A stretch of 62,408 bases of DNA, counting the filler, from Basidioascus undulatus (taxonomy: Eukaryota): the NCBI GenBank assembly GCA_000826855.1. It is 5 parts of 5 records of this genome, joined end to end, with 100 filler letters (N's around TTAATTAATTAA, not from the genome) between each part and the next. Parts side by side here need not be neighbours in the genome. Positions count along the whole stretch, not along the records: positions 7,573 to 35,481 come from JTLS01000155.1; positions 35,582 to 43,045 come from JTLS01001550.1; 3 more parts are not named here. One strand, written 5' to 3'. Made by a program: the position numbers and the translations under genes. Of this stretch, positions 24,663 to 37,642 are shown piece by piece (within the stretch, counting starts at the first letter, position 1; every line of letters starts with the position of its first letter). Below the pieces are notes generated by a model. The model saw only the letters and a program-made list of their open reading frames with translations, was not told the DNA's origin and did not search any database.

Positions 24663-25529
24663 GAAGTAGCCGCACATAACTTGTTGAGGTTAAAGCCAAA
24701 TATTCCCTAACAAAGGCGTAATCCCAAAGAATCCGACGAAAGGTTTGCCATTCAACAGCGCCCGGGGTTTGTTTCAATAAGCCAAATGGAAGACAGGCTA
24801 AGGAACGCGCCGCCGTGACTTCGCTCTACGACAGTGGGATCAGGCAAATGGTTAAACTCAAGATACATCGGGGAGGTTGTTCATGCCATTAGGGTCCAGG
24901 CGCACAGAACGAGTCGGCTTGAAGCAGTGGTTTACAGAGCAGCCCCGAACCTCTCTGCATCTTCGCAGCAACTTAGATTACACTAGAAATGGAAAAACTG
25001 TTTATCCTTTGAAACTTGGTCTCCTTCGTCTACAATATTCAGCGCCTGAAGCACCGAATGATCACGGAGGCTGGGCACGCGGAAACGATTTTGGCCTTGC
25101 CAACTACGCCGAGGCTGTGCATACAAAAATATCATTCCTGAGTTCTCATACATAGACACGATGCTCTTTCAAATACTTGCTCGGCCAAGTATGTGATGAA
25201 GACAGTTCCTCGTCGTATAGCTCCAGCGGTTGGTCTCCAGCCGCTGCTGAAGTTATCTACTGCTCGACTCATATTTCAAAATGACCGAAAGTTCGAGTCC
25301 TGCCAACTATGCCAATATAATCATGAATAAATATCCTGAATATAACTGTAATGGAGAAGGCTTTGGCCGGCGAAGGAGGGCCACACAGTCTCCACGTTCG
25401 GCGGCTCCTGACTGCCAGATAGAAGACAGCCGCTCTGCAAAGGTTTTTGGAAGACCAGGCTGGGAGGACAGCAGAGAAGTAACTGAAACGGTCTCAAGAA
25501 ACGCTTACACGACCGAATCTGCAATGAAG

Positions 25530-26622
25530 ATGAAAAATAAAGTGCCTGGAGGCCCACGTCCGCCTCGAGCTTCCAACTTCCTCCCCTGTCTACTCCGTCC
25601 CCTCGTGGCTTACACCTGAGCCGCACAGTGGCCCCAGCACAAGAAGTTCGTCCTCCGCCCACCGTCAAACCAACTTTCCGAATCCGTACCCTCCCCGCAT
25701 CCCCCACGACCGCCGCTTCGCTAATCCTCCCAGCCCCTCGGACTACTCTTACGAGCTCGCAACCGAGCACGCCTCGACCGGAGGCGCGCCTCCCCGGGCG
25801 TAGTTGAGGTTGATAAGGAAGGGACAAACTGCTGGGGGACTCGTGGATCGGTTACACGATCACTAATCTGCTGCTGTGTCGATTTCCGGACGCGGCAGAA
25901 GGTCGTATCAGCGTGCAAGTTTTCGTCGTTCTCGCGCCTCCGTCGAGCCCTCCATGGCTGCCGATCTACGCAGCCTCGGTCACCATATTCTTCGCGCCCA
26001 CCTCACATCCACCCCGACACTCGCGCACTGGGCTCTCCTTTACCGCCTGCCCAGCACGACCCCCCTTTACGCGCTTCCTCCCTCCGCGCGCGACCTCGCC
26101 GCCAAGCCCCTCGCCGAGATGTTCGAGACGTACGCGGGCGCGCTCGTCCGGCACGCGGACCAAAGGGGCTCCGGCCACGCCGCGATGCGGAGCTGGCTCG
26201 TCGCGCTTGTGACACCGTAGATGGAAGCGTTCGCCGCACACGAGGAGTGGGTCGCGCAGGGGCAGCTGGAGGGCGTGGACCATGCGGAGGTGGAGCGGGT
26301 GCGGGCGCTCGCGCCCAGGCGGAGGAAGGACGCCGCGCAGGCGATCCGGGCGCGCTTCGGCGCGGATTACACCGCGTGGCCGAAGCAGGTCCTGACGGCG
26401 CCGGCGAGGCGCGAAGGGTGGGGCGCGCTGGCGTGGTCGTCGGACGGCCCGCTGGGCGCTGGGTTCCCCCCGATTCGGAGAGTGAGACTATTTCTGGATG
26501 GGAAGGCCGAGTCGGAGACGTATGCCGCGTCGGAGGAACCGGGCGAGCAGGAGACGGCGGACATGGTGCTCAGACGCAGGGAGCGTTCGAGCGGCGGGTC
26601 CAGCCGGCGTGCGGCGAGTTAA
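25530..26622 (+). pseudogene. Degenerate RNase III-like plus dsRBD-like gene with in-frame stops (5' boundary uncertain)
   Basis: DLRSLGHHILRAHL resembles ERLEFLGDAVL; LAHWALLYRLP; KPLAEMFETYAGAL resembles KxLADxFEAxxGA; AAMRSWLVALV. In-frame TAG at 26218-26220. The C-terminal RVRLFLDGKAESETYAASEEPGEQETADMVL is dsRBD-like. Confidence 0.5.
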
Positions 26623-27138
26623 GCTTCAGGGTGTCGGACTTCTCATCCTCGTCGTTCACGCAGGTCCGCATCACCTCTGTGTTCTCTTAGCTTCGTCCGC
26701 CCTAGTTGATCTCGCTGGTGGTACGGTCATCATTTTCTTGAAACTTTTTGCGCTTCTCGTCTCGACTGCTCCTCGCTACGTACGATACATTGCTTGATCC
26801 CCATATCACAGACCGCCTGATTCCACCGTATATGTCTGTAAGCGGGCAGGGCCGCAACCAACCCAGGCGAGTCGGACGACGACGAGAGGGGGGTCCACAT
26901 CGAGTGTGAGGGCTCGACGATAATGAACAGAGGAAGACGATGGATGAGTGGGCGATCGAAAGAGATTTGAATGAGAGCGGCGGCGGGCACGGGAGACGAC
27001 TCGAGAGCGGGCGGGAGAGGGTGAGCTGGGTGGGAGAGGAGAGCAAGGGAAGGGGAGGAAAGGCTCGGATGCGAGCGAGTTCGAGTCTGAGTTCGCCGGT
27101 GGAAAAATGGACACACTGCGTAACTTCCGCGGGGTGAA

Positions 27139-28174
27139 TCAGCTCTCCCTACCCGTCCCTGGTCCCTCCTCCTTTTCCTTCCCTTGCCCTTCTGCCTTCT
27201 TCTTCTCTGCCCCCTTCCCCTGCCTATCCATCTCCCCATCCTCCTCCTCATCCTCCCCATCCTCCCCCTTCCGTCCCCGTCCACGCCCAGTCCCGCGCTT
27301 GCGCTTCTTCCGCCCTGCCGAGGACGTGCGCGGAGGGAGAGGGGGGCAGGGCTGATACCTGTTTGGATTGCGGTGTCAGAGAAGGGATGGGGCGAAAGGG
27401 AGGGGAAAAGGGGAAGAGAAGGAGGGAACAGAGGGGAGGAAGGGGGAAGGGAGAGGGAAGGGGGAAGGGGCGGAAGGGAGGACGGCAAAAAGGGGTGAAG
27501 GGGAAGGGGAAGGTGAGGGACGGATGAGGACGGACGTGTGTGACTGTGAAGCTGCGAGTGCGGGGAGGGGCTGCGTGCTGAGCGTTATACGCATGAACGG
27601 CGTGTGACGGCGCTTTAGTCTGCCCGCCACCTCCTCCTTCAGCACATCCACCCTCACCCTCACATCGACATCCACGTCCCCAAAAAGAAACGCACCGCTT
27701 TGCCCCCACCTCGCCCAGCATGTCCTCTATCGTCCTGCTCTCCTCCTCCTCCCCCCCCTCCATCTCCTCCTCCAAAACCCCCACCTCATTATACTGCCAC
27801 ACCTCCATCCCATCCCCCTCCTGGTATTCCCGCTTCACGATCTCCACGACGCTCAACAGCTTCGGGATGGCGGTGGTGGCTTTCCGCCGGGCTTCGGGAG
27901 TCGTTTCGGAGGAGGAGCGGGAAGGGGGAAGCGTGTGGAGTGTGAGAGGCCGGGCGTGGGAGGGGTCCTGTACGGGAGGGGTGAGAGGAGGAGAAAGGTG
28001 GATAAGGAAGGGAGGGCGCACGAGGAGGAAGGATAGGGCGAAGGAGACGTAGCGGTGTATGTCTCCCTGCCGGGCGATGCGCATCGAATGCGCCTCGCCT
28101 GACGCTTGCGGTTGCACTTGTGCTTCTACAGGCGGGTCCACTGCTATTTGTGCGTCTGGTGCGGGCGAGTTCAT
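27139..28174 (-). CDS. Alba-fold protein, Rpp25/Pop6/Rpp20-like (possible RNase P/MRP subunit), spliced
   Basis: HSMRIARQGDIHRYVSFALSFL/..PLTLHTLP..AIPKLLSVVEIVKREY..WQYNEVG../TPFMRITLSTQPLP/YQP, followed by a basic RKKRKR/RGRGR and acidic tail. Confidence 0.7.
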
Positions 28175-28281
28175 GTCGTGCGAATGGGCGAGGCAGCGTT
28201 TGTCGAGATGAAGGCAGAAGACAACCCCGCACGCGTCTCCCCCTCGCGCCTCTTGCCCTCCTTCCCCTCTCAACAACCCCG

Positions 28282-28932
28282 ATGCTCCGCGCCTCCCTCG
28301 CCCGCCTCTCCTCCCAAGCAGCAAACGCAGCGCGCCCCTCGTACCGCGTGCCCACCGCTTCGCTCATGCCCGCCGGTCCAGTCGAGGAGGCCATCGTCGC
28401 CAAGGTCCGGCTCCTGTGCCTGAAGGGAAGGGGAGGGAGGGGATGGTAGACTGACAGTGGCGGGATGTGCGACGACAGCTTGAGGCGCTTCTGAAACCGA
28501 CCTTTCTGGAAGTGAGGAACGACTCGAGCAAGCATGCGGGGCATGCGGCGATGCGTGCGCAGGGTGGGGGAAGCGGGGAGACTCGTGCGTCCAGACTTTC
28601 TCAGCCCTCTTCCCTCTCCTCGCAGGGATGTTCTGATCTACTTGTGGTGGGATGGGGAAACAGACTTCGCGGTGACTGCCGTGTCCGAAGTGTTCGAGGG
28701 GCAGGTGCGTCTTGTCCCTCATGCTCCCATCCATCCCCATCCCCATCCCCATCCCCCTCCCCACTCACTCCTCCACCTCTCAATTGAGCAGAGGCACATC
28801 CAGCGCCACAAGCTGGTCAACACCGCGCTGCGGGAGGAGCTCGAGCGCCCAGGCGGCGTGCATGCGCTCAGCCTGCGCTTGAAGACGCCTAGGGAGGCGG
28901 AGGCGGAGGCTGCGCAGGCGGGGGGGCAGTGA
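28282..28932 (+). CDS. Mitochondrial BolA-family protein (Bol1-like), four exons
   Basis: Presequence MLRASLARLSS, then GPVEEAIVAK/LEALLKPTFLEVRNDSSKHAGHAAM..GET/HFAVTAVSEVFEG/RHIQRHKLVNTALREEL..GVHALSLRLKTP. Confidence 0.92.
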
Positions 28933-30526
28933 GGGGAGAGCAAGAGGGATGGGCAAGGCATGTTGTACGTTCTTGGGATGCGATGCGAAGATGTGGGTTG
29001 CAAGCACACGAGGCGCTGAACGAAAACCCTGCCCGCTCCAGCTGCATGCGATTTGTGTGTGCTACATTGCACTCATTAGGCTGCGAGAGCAGGGAGAGTC
29101 GTGGCGTGGTACAAATTCATGCCCAGCTTCAGGACGAGGAGCCCCCAGCGGAGGGCTGGCTCCTGCTCGTTCGTACGCGTGCGCGGTATTCCTCGTATGC
29201 ACCTTTAATCGCACATTCCTACGAGACTCATCAGAGGTAATTCACACCCCCTGACCTCGACTGTCCCTATCCTGTCCCTGCCTCGCTTTTCCACTCGGGG
29301 GCTGGTTCGATCGACCGCTCGGCTCGTGCGATTATGTGGACTGGACAGACTTGCGCACGCCGCTCGCACGCTCGGACGCGGAAATATTGGCAGGCGGATC
29401 GCTGGACTCTAGGCAGGGGATCCCGGGATGCAGGCGGAGGGGCTCAAGGGGAGGTAGGGAGGGGAGGACAGTCTCGGGCTGTGACTGGGTCTGACCGCCT
29501 TGCTGGGCGCTGTCGGTGCCAGCCGGTGGGTTGGGTGCCGCACCGTCGTCGCTTCGCCGAGATGACTATTTGATGCTGAGCCGTCGTGCCGCGTGCGTGT
29601 GGGCGGGGACGCATTCAACTGCCCAGTCGGTCTCGGTTGGTCGGGGCGTTGTGCTCGCCTCAGCCCGGAGGGTGGCACTCCTCTCTCCACTCTCCCGGCG
29701 CAGCCCTGGCTGCTCCACGGTATGCCACCGAGCTCGGGCGGAAAAGAAGAGGAAGCGGGAGGAGCGGCGGGTCCGAGTCCGACCGGCAGAAGGAAGACAC
29801 GAGGCGGGGCTCGGGGCTCATTGTGATCTGCGCTCTGCACCGCTGGATATCTGGACAGAGCTATGATCCGTTTTGGGCAATACTCAGTGCACGCTGTCGG
29901 CCTGCTAGGAACGGGAACGGCAGTACGACGTCTAAGCAGTCTCGCTCGCCTTGCGCCTCGCCGTGCATCGCAGTCCCTGTTGACGCTGGTCCCACCTACC
30001 GCGCTCGGCTTCAGAAAGAGGGCCGGGCTGCTGGGGACCAGGCACAGTCTTGCTTCGTCTCCTAAATCGCTCATCACTCCCACAGTGCGGCGTACAGTTG
30101 CTCTGCAACGCGTAACGCTTGTGTAGGATTGAAAGTGAGGAACAGCTTCTGCACGCTCTCACTGTCTCCACCCCTTCCGGACCCATCACCGAGTCCACAG
30201 CCTACTTTGAAGTATGTCAAGTTTGATTTACACCGCGCAAGGATCTACTTTTTTGGATGGGTGCACTGTGCAGCAGCCTTCCCTTCCGCGCACCGAGGTC
30301 CTGGGCGCTCACGCGTGATGTTCCGATTACCATCTTCTACTTCAACAGCTGCATCTTATAAACTCTGCAGCTCCGGTAATTAATTTGTTATGCGCTGGCT
30401 GGGGACGCGGGACAGCCGGCAAAGCAGCAAACGCCGACCCCTGTCAGACAGGTATTTCAAAAACATGTTGTCGTTCGACACCTCATCCGCTTCACCCTTC
30501 CTTCCACCACCTCGTCCTCCTCGCTT

Positions 30527-31332
30527 ATGTCTGCCCCATCGGTTTACCATTCTGAACCGACGAAAACGAGGCTCACTTACCGCCGTGCGCTCTTAGAGCA
30601 CGGCAGCCTCGAGCGCCTCCGGGTGACCTACAAGGAGTACGATTATCTCCTAGGCCAGTGGGAGATCCAGATGGGCGCGCAGCAATGCAATACCTTATTT
30701 TGCGTCACTATGTATGGGGTCCAGTGGAAAGCCCTTTATAAGGGTCAGGACGCACTTTGGAGGGAAGTCATGCAGCTGAGGGAGTTGGTCAGTGAGTGCG
30801 CAGGCTTCCTCTTCCCATACCCTCCCCCCACCCCACCATCGCATCGACCGGATCCTCCCTCTTCCGCACCTTCGTTTAGGATAATTAGAAACGGATGTTT
30901 GCAGAGCTGGTGAGTGCCGGGAGGTCAACGTCTGCCGGGCGGCGCGGAAGGAGGGCGTGAAGCAGTCGGTCATTGTCGAGCGCCTCAACTGTGCGCTTGA
31001 TTTCCTATCTCCTCCCCTCCTTCCCCCCTCTTCCTCACCATGAAGATATCAGAGATACAATCCCAAGCCCATGTGGAGAGCGACACTCCCTCCAATACCC
31101 CGCCGCCGCCCGATCGACTCTTCTCCCAACGGTTCGCCAGGCACCCTCATCGTCCTGCAGCTTGCTCTGTCACCACAGACTGACAGTGCATGGTTTTGCA
31201 CCGGCCCAAAATTTCCTCGAAAGCACCATTCCTTGCGTAAACGCGACCCGGGGAGGAGGCTCGACAACGCGTGCTGAGGGCGTCGGTGGTCATGGTGAGC
31301 CGGGGCCTGGCGGGGGCGGGAGCAGACGGTAG
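30527..31332 (+). CDS. Hypothetical spliced protein, probably disrupted
   Basis: Coding-like exon MSAPSVYHSEPTKTRLTYRRALLEHGSLERLRVTYKEYDYLLGQWE.. with a GTCAGT donor. The next exon needs a frameshift near 30911 to continue as ECREVNVCRAARKEGVKQ. No family recognised. Confidence 0.35.
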
Positions 31333-31833
31333 CTGCTGACAGAAGGGAATAGACTGCCTATATTTTCAGGTTTGGTACAGAAAACCTACTTGGATGGCTT
31401 ATGAAGGACAGATGCGAATGCAACGGGGAGACAGTATGCAGTGGGACGACTGCAAGGTGCGCCTTCTGGATCTAGACTCAGACGTCAAAACCTCGACTAC
31501 TGATACAGAGATGTCTTGGGAAAGGATATTCCTGATAGCAGATCCAGTTTCTATTCGTTGTTGCGACGGCCGGCGAAGGCGATGGTCATCCTGCTTGCAC
31601 TTGCAGACACCGCCAGATATCGCCTCCCCCACACTTGAGGCGGATTCTTTCCACCTCTCCACTTGTCAGAACGCACGGCACAGCATGACCTCACGTCCAT
31701 TTCCCCAGATCCCCCACCTTCTTTCCTTTTCACCGTACCTTCAACCTCCTTCCCCCTCTACAGATACCCCGAGCCCCCTCTCCGCCTCCTCTTTCTCGCC
31801 ACCAATCACTCCTACACCTCTGACCAACCGACC

Positions 31834-33066
31834 ATGTCCCGCACGACCTACTCGCTCTCCGACCTCGTCCCGCTTTCGTCCGGGCACTCCATCCCCCGCC
31901 TCGGCTTCGGCGTGTACAAGTCTCCCGCGTCGCAGACGATCGCGTCCGTGAACGAGGCGCTCAAGGTCGGGTACCGGTGCGTCTTTCCTCCTCCCTCCCG
32001 GACCTCCCTCTCCCTGTCCTGCCACTCATTTACTAACCTCCCAACCAATCCCAACCCTCCTCCATACCCTTCACGTCCACCCCAGTCACATAGACTCGGC
32101 GCAGTACTACGAGAACGAGCGGGAAGTGGGGCAAGCTGTGCAGGACGCCTCCCTCCCGCGCGAGTCGCTCTTCGTCACGACGAAGATCATGTCCCCCGGC
32201 GAGTCCGGGCCGGCGTCGACGCTCGCCAAGGCGCGCGAGAGCTTCGACCGCTTCGGGCTCGACTACCTTGACCTCTTCTTGATCCACTCGCCATCGTCCG
32301 GCCCGGAGGGGAGGAAGGAGATGTGGGCGGCGCTGGAGAGGCTGTGGGAGGAGGGGAAGGTCAGGACGCTCGGCGTGTCGAACTTGTGCGTCGCCGCTCC
32401 TCTCCTTCGTGCACCTTGTTCACATTCAGCATGCTGACTTTGTGAGGCGGTTCACAGTGGGGTGAGGCATATCGAGGAGCTCAAGAAGGTCGCGAAGGCC
32501 CCGATGGCCGTAAACCAGATTGAGGTGCGCTTTTCCATCACTGTGCTACCCCTAACCGGGCTTCCCTCTGACACAGGGCATATGCAGCTCCACCCCTGGT
32601 GTCAGCAGCGCGAGATCGTAGAGTATTGCAAGAAAGAGGGGATCGTGATTGAGGTGCGGACTTCACTCTCCCCCCCACCATCCCATCCCATCCCGCTTTT
32701 ACACCCACGCGGCACGCACGCGCAGGCCTACTGCCCTCTCGTCCGCGCCCGAAAAGCCGAGGACCCCGTCCTGCAGCGTATCTCCAAGGAGTGCGTCCCC
32801 TCTCCCTTATTTTCTCTTCTCCGCGAAGCAAGCAACCAAGCCCTCCCCCGCCCCACAGGGTGAACCGCCCCTGGTCGCAAGTCCTCCTCCGCTGGTCGCT
32901 CCAGCACGGCTTCGTCCCGCTGCCCAAGTCGGACAGCCCCGAGCGCATTGCGGCCAACGCGGACATCTACGACTTTGCGCTGTCGGAGGCGCAGATGGCG
33001 GACCTGGACAAGCTGGACGAGGGGAAGAAGGGCGCGATCGCACCGAATCCAGTGGACTGCGAGTAG
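31834..33066 (+). CDS. Aldo-keto reductase (AKR5/2,5-DKG reductase-like), spliced
   Basis: IPRLGFGVYKS..ALKVGYR/HIDSAQYYENE..LFVTTKI..GLDYLDLFLIHSP..GKVRTLGVSN..NQIE/LHPW..AYCPL..QVLLRWSLQHGFVPLPKS. The catalytic D/Y/K/H residues are visible. Confidence 0.95.
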
Positions 33067-33532
33067 AAGGACGATGGCATTGGGTATTGATTTCAGGAGT
33101 GACGATTGAAGTACCTTTCAGCGGAGGAAGTCTCGGAGGCGTACGGATGCAGAGGTTTTCAGACTGAGTTTTCTAGGTTTGACGTTGAGGCTGCTACTTC
33201 TCGCCGATTTCCGCAACTTCAATTATGATGAACGGGACGGCCTGTCGCCTTAGCGAGGCAGTGTGCGTTGCAAAATTCGCCTGCAGCGACCAGTACCTCG
33301 CGCGTTCCACGAGAACCATCACATCGAGGAAGCATAAACGGCAGTCTCATCCTACGTGCTCTGACTCCCCAACAGCTACTCTTTCGCCTGCACTACCCGC
33401 GCCTATGGAGCAAAGCCATACGCGTCTTGTCCCCACTCCCACGTAGTGTACTCTCCGCGACCATAGCGAGCGATCTGTGCTTCGACTGCATGGGAAGTCA
33501 GAAACCCTTTATTAAAGAATAATTAGAATGAA

Positions 33533-34495
33533 TTATTTACTCTTGGCACGCTGAGTCGCCTCACCGTCGCCGTAGACGATCTCCTTCCCGAACGCCTGTC
33601 GCTGTGTGCTTCCGCCGACGTGCGTAGGCTGCGGACAATACTCGACCTTTGACAGAACGCCCTGTGCACAACGAATTAAAGACAGAATGTCAGCTGTGGT
33701 CCAGAGCTTGTAAATCAAGCTTGCACGTCAGACGTACCTTGTCTCAGAACATCGATGAACTGGGGAGCCTCCTGCTGCGCCCGGTGGAAAAGCTCCAAGG
33801 ACGAGCTGATAGGCGTTTCTCCACCCTTGGCAACACGATCCGCGCAAAGGAGATGTACTCCGGAGCGTGCGGCACCTGTACAGCGTGGTCAGTCTCAAAG
33901 CGGCAAAACTGCCCGCCAGCGCGATATACCTGAGGAAACTCATTATGCAAGTAGATCAAGACGTCCTTATGCGCTCTAGATACGCTTGCTGTAGGTTTAA
34001 TAACTATAAGCTGGGGATAACGCACAGCACGTACTCGTTCGCTGGAGCTACGTTTGGAGCAAGCACCTGTGGCATACCCTGATTAGATGAAGCACGGTCA
34101 CCGCAACAAACCAGCAGTCGTACCGGTCTGTTCACTACTATCCCAATGATTTCATGGGGACGATACCCGAACGCATGGGCGAATTTCGAAAAATCATCGG
34201 CGTTGTGGATCGGCAGTCCGAGCGCCATGATCGCAAGCTTCTTGGTGAGGGTCCCGGTCGAAGCGAGGTGCTCGATCCACTGAACAGCCGAGTCGAGATT
34301 GATTTCGTCACTGGGCTTCACGGGCTTCAGAGCAAGAAGAATTTGCGTGTTGGGCGGATGAGGAGCACCGAGGATGCGCTGGTTGGAGGCGGGTAGTGTG
34401 AAAGCCTCAAAGCCCGCCAAGCTGGCGTCGCCTTTGAGCGAGAGACCATTGAGATCGCCGGTCAGCGAAGTTGTGGTAAAAGTGGCTGTGCTCAT
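33533..34495 (-). pseudogene. TauD/clavaminate-synthase-like 2OG-Fe(II) dioxygenase; frameshifted and 3'-truncated
   Basis: GLPIHNADDFSKFAHAFGYRPHEIIGIVVNRP..LAPNVAPANE..IYLHNEFPQVPHAPEYI, a frameshift near 33845, then KGGETPISSSLELF..GGST..QAFGKEI and a stop. The C-terminal half is absent. Confidence 0.75.
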
Positions 34496-35481
34496 GCCGG
34501 AATGAAGACTGGGGCAGACTGTTTGGAGAGGAGCAGATCTACTGAGTCGGCTACTGATGCACCTCTTCTAATTGCTCTACTTAGCCATATCTATCCACCC
34601 ACCATCTTATTCTGACGTTCCATTCTATTCGCCGATCGGGGGCTCAGGGCTTCGCTCAGCAAGCGGCGTTGCGATCCGCGGGCGAGACCTGCCTCCGACT
34701 ACAAGTAGCTGAGCACAATACACTGTAGTATCAAGTGAACTTTGGGTGTGGTCAATGCTGGGGAGGAAGCGGTGCGCAGGGGTAGGTTGGGGAAGCTGGG
34801 TGCGCTGAACGAGCAGGGGCTTCTTCAATCCAGCAACGTGGTGTTGTCGTCCATAATATAAGTTACTCGCACCCTTTATGAACTCTGAGGATTATGGCTT
34901 AAATATTGCTGTAGACTTTGTTTTACTTGGCAAAGCATGACAAGGCAGAGCTTTGAATGCGGAATCCGACAGCACGTTGGTCTATGCTGCGGCTTCTCGT
35001 TAGCGACTTCGACTTCCCATGGAGAGCACATGTATGTTGTGAAACCATCCTGGAACGTATATTAAACGTCCCTTAACCACTTTGAGGACCTTGAGCCTGG
35101 GTCAGTAGACGGCAAGCCGCCTGCGTGTAGGGACCTGAGGCTGAACTGTTCAAACTTGTAGCTTGCTGGGCCGCCGAGCTCCTTCCAGAACTCAGCCCAG
35201 GCAGGATCAGCTTTTGTGGTTTTATTTTTTCCTACAAATATTTTCTTCTGTCACCCGCAGTTCGAACAGCTCGGTACTGGGTGGTCGCCATGTGCGAACA
35301 TTCGGCTTGAGGGGGATTTCAGGCTGCACTGGGTTCATGCCCCTTACGGCAGCACAACCAGGACTGCAGGATACCATAATAAAATTAAAGCCATTACTTT
35401 TCAACAACCACAGGCAATGATTCAGGTGCACCCGGGACCAAAGCATAATAGCGATTCTCTCAGACTCTCTCAGACGTAGCA

Positions 35482-35581
35482 NNNNNNNNNNNNNNNNNNN
35501 NNNNNNNNNNNNNNNNNNNNNNNNNTTAATTAATTAANNNNNNNNNNNNNNNNNNNNNNNNNNNNNNNNNNNNNNNNNNNN
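35482..35581. other. Artificial contig linker
   Basis: N-TTAATTAATTAA-N, 100 nt. Confidence 0.97.
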
Positions 35582-37642
35582 CTTGCGCGCTTCGATGTCT
35601 TGAAGGAGTACAACGAGGGGCCGTTCAGCATGCTGGGGAGGACTGAGAAGAAAGTCGGGCCGGCCCCGCCTGTGATTTAAAGTGCATTCAGCCTCCTGCT
35701 TGCTTTCGTGCAATAAGCGGAAGTGGACTACGCACCTGCCAGGAGCAACACGCGATCGTACACGCCGAAAGAACCCTCCGGCCCACCGTAAGGCCCATCG
35801 AGCAGGACAGGAACACTCTTGTTGATCCCACGAGCCGCAAGACGAGCGAGGCTGTCGGTCAAACCAGCGTTCTGCCGGACGAGCACGACAATTTCGCGGT
35901 CCTCACCAGGACAGTCTTGGCACACGTTTGCGACCGTGAAAGGGTGCCTGGGGTGCGAGAAATTTCGGTTCAGCCTACCAATGTGGATACTTGAAACGAG
36001 AAAGCGAAAACCCACGACTCGAACGGGCGGCAATTAATGAAGTTCAGGAAGTAATGCTGGCCGGCGCGCCAGGTGAACGACGGCGGGCAGGTGATGGTGA
36101 CGCGGGTCATGCGGGAGGAAAGGGCTTCAAACTGAGCGCGGGGGATGCACCGGCCGTTGCGCACAGCGATGAGCCCTAAACGCGCAAATACAGACAGGCC
36201 GTACACCGCGATGGTCGCATAGAGGTAGTCCCTGTAGCCGACACGTTGTTAGTACAACAGCATAGGAAGCCATCACCGATCTTGTGCAAGAGGTTTCATG
36301 ACCCAAGCAGCTTGTTGCAGTGGATGAAGAAGAACGCAAAGAACAACGCGACAGAGATGAAGTGCAGGACTGAACGAGCGCCATCGGAACTCGGCATGTC
36401 AATGAGGAACCGTGAAACTGATACACAACTCACGCTTGAAGAGCTCGTAGTGACGATTCCTAAAGTGTGGCAGGACGGTCAGTCAGTCATACGCAAGAAG
36501 GCAAAATGGATATCAGCGCGGTAACCTACCTGATGAACGGCAGACTGCCCCAGCAGAGCCACGCAAGCACGATCAACGCCGCAGTACCCGACCAGTAGTA
36601 GCTGCAGCACACTCTCAATGTTTGGTCAAATAAAATGCAGGAAAAACACCTGGCCAACGTACACTTTGTTCTCCCACCCATATCGCAGCTGCGATAGGCC
36701 GGTACCGGGCTTGATTTCCCTGGACGTGGAAGAGGAGCATGAGCTGCGGCATGCCCCGGTTTGAAGGAACACTGACGCACTTTAGGCCGAGGACAATGAA
36801 GGGGAAAGTGTGAAGCATGGAGAGCGCGACTGCCGCAGGATCGTTCAGGTGGGAGTCGCTCGCTGCCCCAGCACGACAAGCGACTCACGGAAGAGGTGCG
36901 ACAGCCATTGGTGGTAGACTTGCAGTTTCTCATGCGAGAAGCCCGTGACAAAGGTGACCAAGTTCCACTTCGCCCCGAAAGCGCTGGACACCCGATCCGA
37001 TGAGTACGTCTGCGCAAGTGAGGATAGGGAGCGTGCCTGCGTACAGGATGAAGGGGAAGCAGCCGAGCGCGAAGAAACCGGTCCGCATGGCGAGCGGGGG
37101 AGATCCAACGTTCCAGCGGCTCCTGTAATAAGGGTACACACCTAGGCTCCAGACTAAAGCCGTGAAGAGCGTCGTTACTGAGCTATTCTGGTCCACAGGT
37201 CCTCACCACGCAAAAGGAGACGCACTGATGATGAAGAGCGTGAAGGCAAGCATGAGAAGGCCGAAGCCCAGCACAGGGGAGGTAAAATTCAAAAACCGCT
37301 GCTGCACCGAGCCCAAGTAACGGAGAAGAGCGACGGGCTTGCGGTAGACGGTCGAGTTCGCAGTGCGCTGGCCCCATCTGCAACCAGCAGGGACACCCAG
37401 TCAGCACCAGCCTACCTCCAAACCTTCAACTACACCGACGGTAAAAATACTTACTTTGCGGATTGGCGGACACGGTGGATAATGTTCGCGACGCCGAAGA
37501 GTCCGATGGTAGCGCAGAGGAAGTAGACCGGCGCCCGCGCGTACTTGGGCGTCTCCTCGTACGGATCTACCAAAGTTTCGGCAATCTCAGAAGGCGTCAT
37601 GCCATCGTGAGAGTGGGCGCGGGGCAGAAGAAGCGAGCTCAT
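35582..37642 (-). CDS. Ferric/cupric reductase transmembrane component (FRE family), 3' end cut by the contig break
   Basis: SPPLAMRTG..KWNLVTFVTGFSHEKLQVYHQW, MLHTFPF, YYWSG, HYELFK.LHF..FFIHC (heme His residues), WRAGQHYFL, HPFTVAN (FAD), LDGPYGG..YDRVLLLAG (NADPH). Confidence 0.92.

Noticed and set aside
28725..28760. (ATCCCC)n repeat resembling a telomeric repeat
   Set aside because: A short microsatellite inside a C-rich BolA intron.
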